A program made the translations under genes and the position numbers. Below are positions 37,761 to 39,585 of a stretch of 39,585 bases of DNA, piece after piece; positions within the stretch are counted from its first letter, which is position 1; each line of letters begins with the position of its first letter. The stretch spans positions 1 through 39,585 of the forward strand of contig NIVC01004647.1 in assembly GCA_002269645.1 (NCBI GenBank), read 5' to 3'. The stretch comes from Macrostomum lignano. Its lineage: Eukaryota. Below the pieces are notes generated by a model, which had not been told where the DNA came from, did not search any database, and saw only the letters and a program-made list of their open reading frames with translations.

Positions 37761-38396
37761 ATGTCGACGTTCACTTCATCTGCCGCCGGTGCTTCAAAAA
37801 ATGTCGCCGCCACCGCCGCGGACTCTGCCAGCGGCGTCTCCAGCGACGACGGCGAGAGCGTTGGCGCTGACGCAAAAAAGAAATTCATCGTAGCGGTTGA
37901 CACCGGCAACACAACAGAGCCGCTGCGTCGAGGCCAGCCAAAAACTGGCTACGATTTGGCGCGCAAACGGCTAGACAAGCTGATGTCGAAGCCGGAAGAG
38001 CAGGTCCAGCTGCCCGGACCAAAGCGAGAGCACCGGCCGCGCGAGCCGTGGCAATTTGTGCGCAACATTCGCGGCAGCTCCGCCGGCGTCGGCTCCGGCG
38101 ATTTCGACATCTATCGGGGCATCCGTCGGCGAGAATTCGAGCGTCGAGAATACATGGATAGAAAGGACGCCGAGGCGCAGGCGGAGAAAGAGTTCGAGGA
38201 GCGGGTCAGCGCCAAGCAGGCCGAGCTGGAGGAGAAGCAGGCTAAGAAGCGGGCGAAACGGGCTAAGAAGAAGGCCAAGGCTAAGCAGGCTAAGGGCAAG
38301 CAGCCGAGATTAGGGGATAACGCGGCAGCTGCTTCTGCTGGAGCGGGATCTTCGTACGGATCGGAAGACGAGAGCGGCGACGATAACGCAAAGTAA
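37761..38396 (+). CDS. PRKRIP1: PRKR-interacting protein 1 homologue (DUF1168; spliceosome C* factor), intronless
   Basis: FVRNIRGSSAGVGSGDFDIYRGIRRREFERREYMD followed by a Lys-rich KRAKRAKKKAK segment matches the family signature GSSAGAGSGEFHVYR. The ATG at 37761 is where coding-like composition begins; the longer ORF start at 37644 lies in repeat-derived sequence. Confidence 0.92.
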   Translation: MSTFTSSAAGASKNVAATAADSASGVSSDDGESVGADAKKKFIVAVDTGNTTEPLRRGQPKTGYDLARKRLDKLMSKPEEQVQLPGPKREHRPREPWQFVRNIRGSSAGVGSGDFDIYRGIRRREFERREYMDRKDAEAQAEKEFEERVSAKQAELEEKQAKKRAKRAKKKAKAKQAKGKQPRLGDNAAAASAGAGSSYGSEDESGDDNAK

Positions 38397-38937
38397 GGAA
38401 GGGGTCGAGAAACGGCCAAAGCAATGGAGCTTTTGTCTATGGTAGCAATTGGCTGGCACAGCCAATTTTAATTTAATTTGATCCATCATAGCGCCTATGA
38501 AAGCAATTTATTTGAGCAAATTTCACTGTACCAATACAAGGTGACGTCAAGTATAACAAAAACGAAGAGCTTTCTTCTAGCGTGGTCAATTAAAACACCG
38601 CTTTGATCACAAGTCCGTGGCGTTTGTTCGACAGTCCACAATTCTGGGACTGAGCTTGCTCGTTGCTTCTCCTCGCCTTTCGTTCCTACCGCTTGTGACA
38701 GTCGTGTCTAAATGAAAATCTTCAAGGCTGAAACTATTTGGCGGCTTTGGACCAAATCAAATGCTGTTTGTGCCAGCCTTGCTACCATAGACAGAAGCTC
38801 CATTGATTTGGCAAACATTGATTTGGATTGAATTTAAATCAGTGAGTGTAAGCTCAGATGATAGGCTGCAAAAATGTATATTACGGTATAGCACGAGTAT
38901 CATGTATATTCTGTGTAATTCGCTGTGCCGTTGTTTT

Positions 38938-39093
38938 CATTGTCGGCTGATTTTCCATGCAGGAATGGCATTCTTGCACTCTTTTGCGTGCAGGAATGGA
39001 TGTCTATGGTAAAATCTACTGAAAAGCATTAGGCGCAGAAATGCATTCCTGCACTGTTTTGTGCATTCCTGCACGATGAATAATCCGACAATG
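38938..39093. repeat. Imperfect inverted repeat built from GTGCAGGAATG / CATTCCTGCAC motifs (MITE- or foldback-like)
   Basis: CATTGTCGG...ATGCAGGAATG...GTGCAGGAATG (38938-39000) mirrors CATTCCTGCAC...CATTCCTGCAC...CCGACAATG (39044-39093). Further motif copies extend to ~39195. Confidence 0.6.
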
Positions 39094-39585
39094 GGATTCC
39101 TGCACGTTCACTCGTGCGTGAAGGACATCGTGCACTCGTGCGCTAGCGCACACTCGTGCAGATGTCATTCCCGCACTCGTGACCGTGCAGGAATATATCA
39201 TTGTGTAATGCGCAAATCAATGTCTTGTAATTTTGTTGCTCTTTTTGCGGAACAACTTGACAACTACGCGTCTGTAATAAATTAACTAATTATATTGTAC
39301 TTTATGTACTTAATAACATCATAACATTAATGACAGATTTAATATCAAGTCTGTAGTGTCTCTGGTAGTTGTTTACATGAAATTGCTTACTTGTATCAAG
39401 TAATCCAATTTTTATTTGAGGCAACGGGGCTGTGTGCACCCTGGCGCACTTTAAGAGACATTAAGAGACATTGTCACACAACTGGCAAGAGGTTTATCAT
39501 TAGGCATGTACACTTCACTGTGACTTGGTGAGGTGATTGGTTCGGTGTGACGAGGTAATTGCACGAGCAGAGGCAAGCCCAGATT

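Noticed and set aside
39400-39585. Possible SINE or exon fragment at the right edge
   Set aside because: Too short and truncated; no ORF, splice pair or diagnostic motif that I can support.

Overview
Eukaryotic (animal) genomic DNA with GC-rich spliced exons and AT-rich or repeat-filled introns. The Ala/Gly/Gln-rich insertions and minisatellite-packed introns suggest a flatworm such as Macrostomum, but this is inference only. I can reconstruct seven genes by hand. On the - strand is an FHA plus coiled-coil gene (FHAD1-like, 3'-truncated by the window). On the + strand six genes follow consecutively: a HIRIP3-like candidate, an intronless cupin, a four-finger matrin/U1-type zinc-finger gene, CDC23/APC8 (with a GC-AG intron), RCBTB1/2 and intronless PRKRIP1. 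Mobile DNA includes a complete, young Ty3/Gypsy LTR retrotransposon (29833-34395; 197-bp LTRs differing at one base; ATCCC target-site duplication) lying antisense in RCBTB intron 3. There is also a mariner deletion derivative with 193-bp inverted arms, a tRNA-derived SINE interrupted by an insert with a hAT-like end, and other repeat fragments. Most introns carry their own private minisatellite. Several one-base frameshifts in unrelated ORFs share a signature suggesting sequencing or assembly error. Most long ORFs in the supplied track are artefacts of tandem repeats or antisense shadows of real exons. I found no CRISPR, rRNA or intact tRNA genes.
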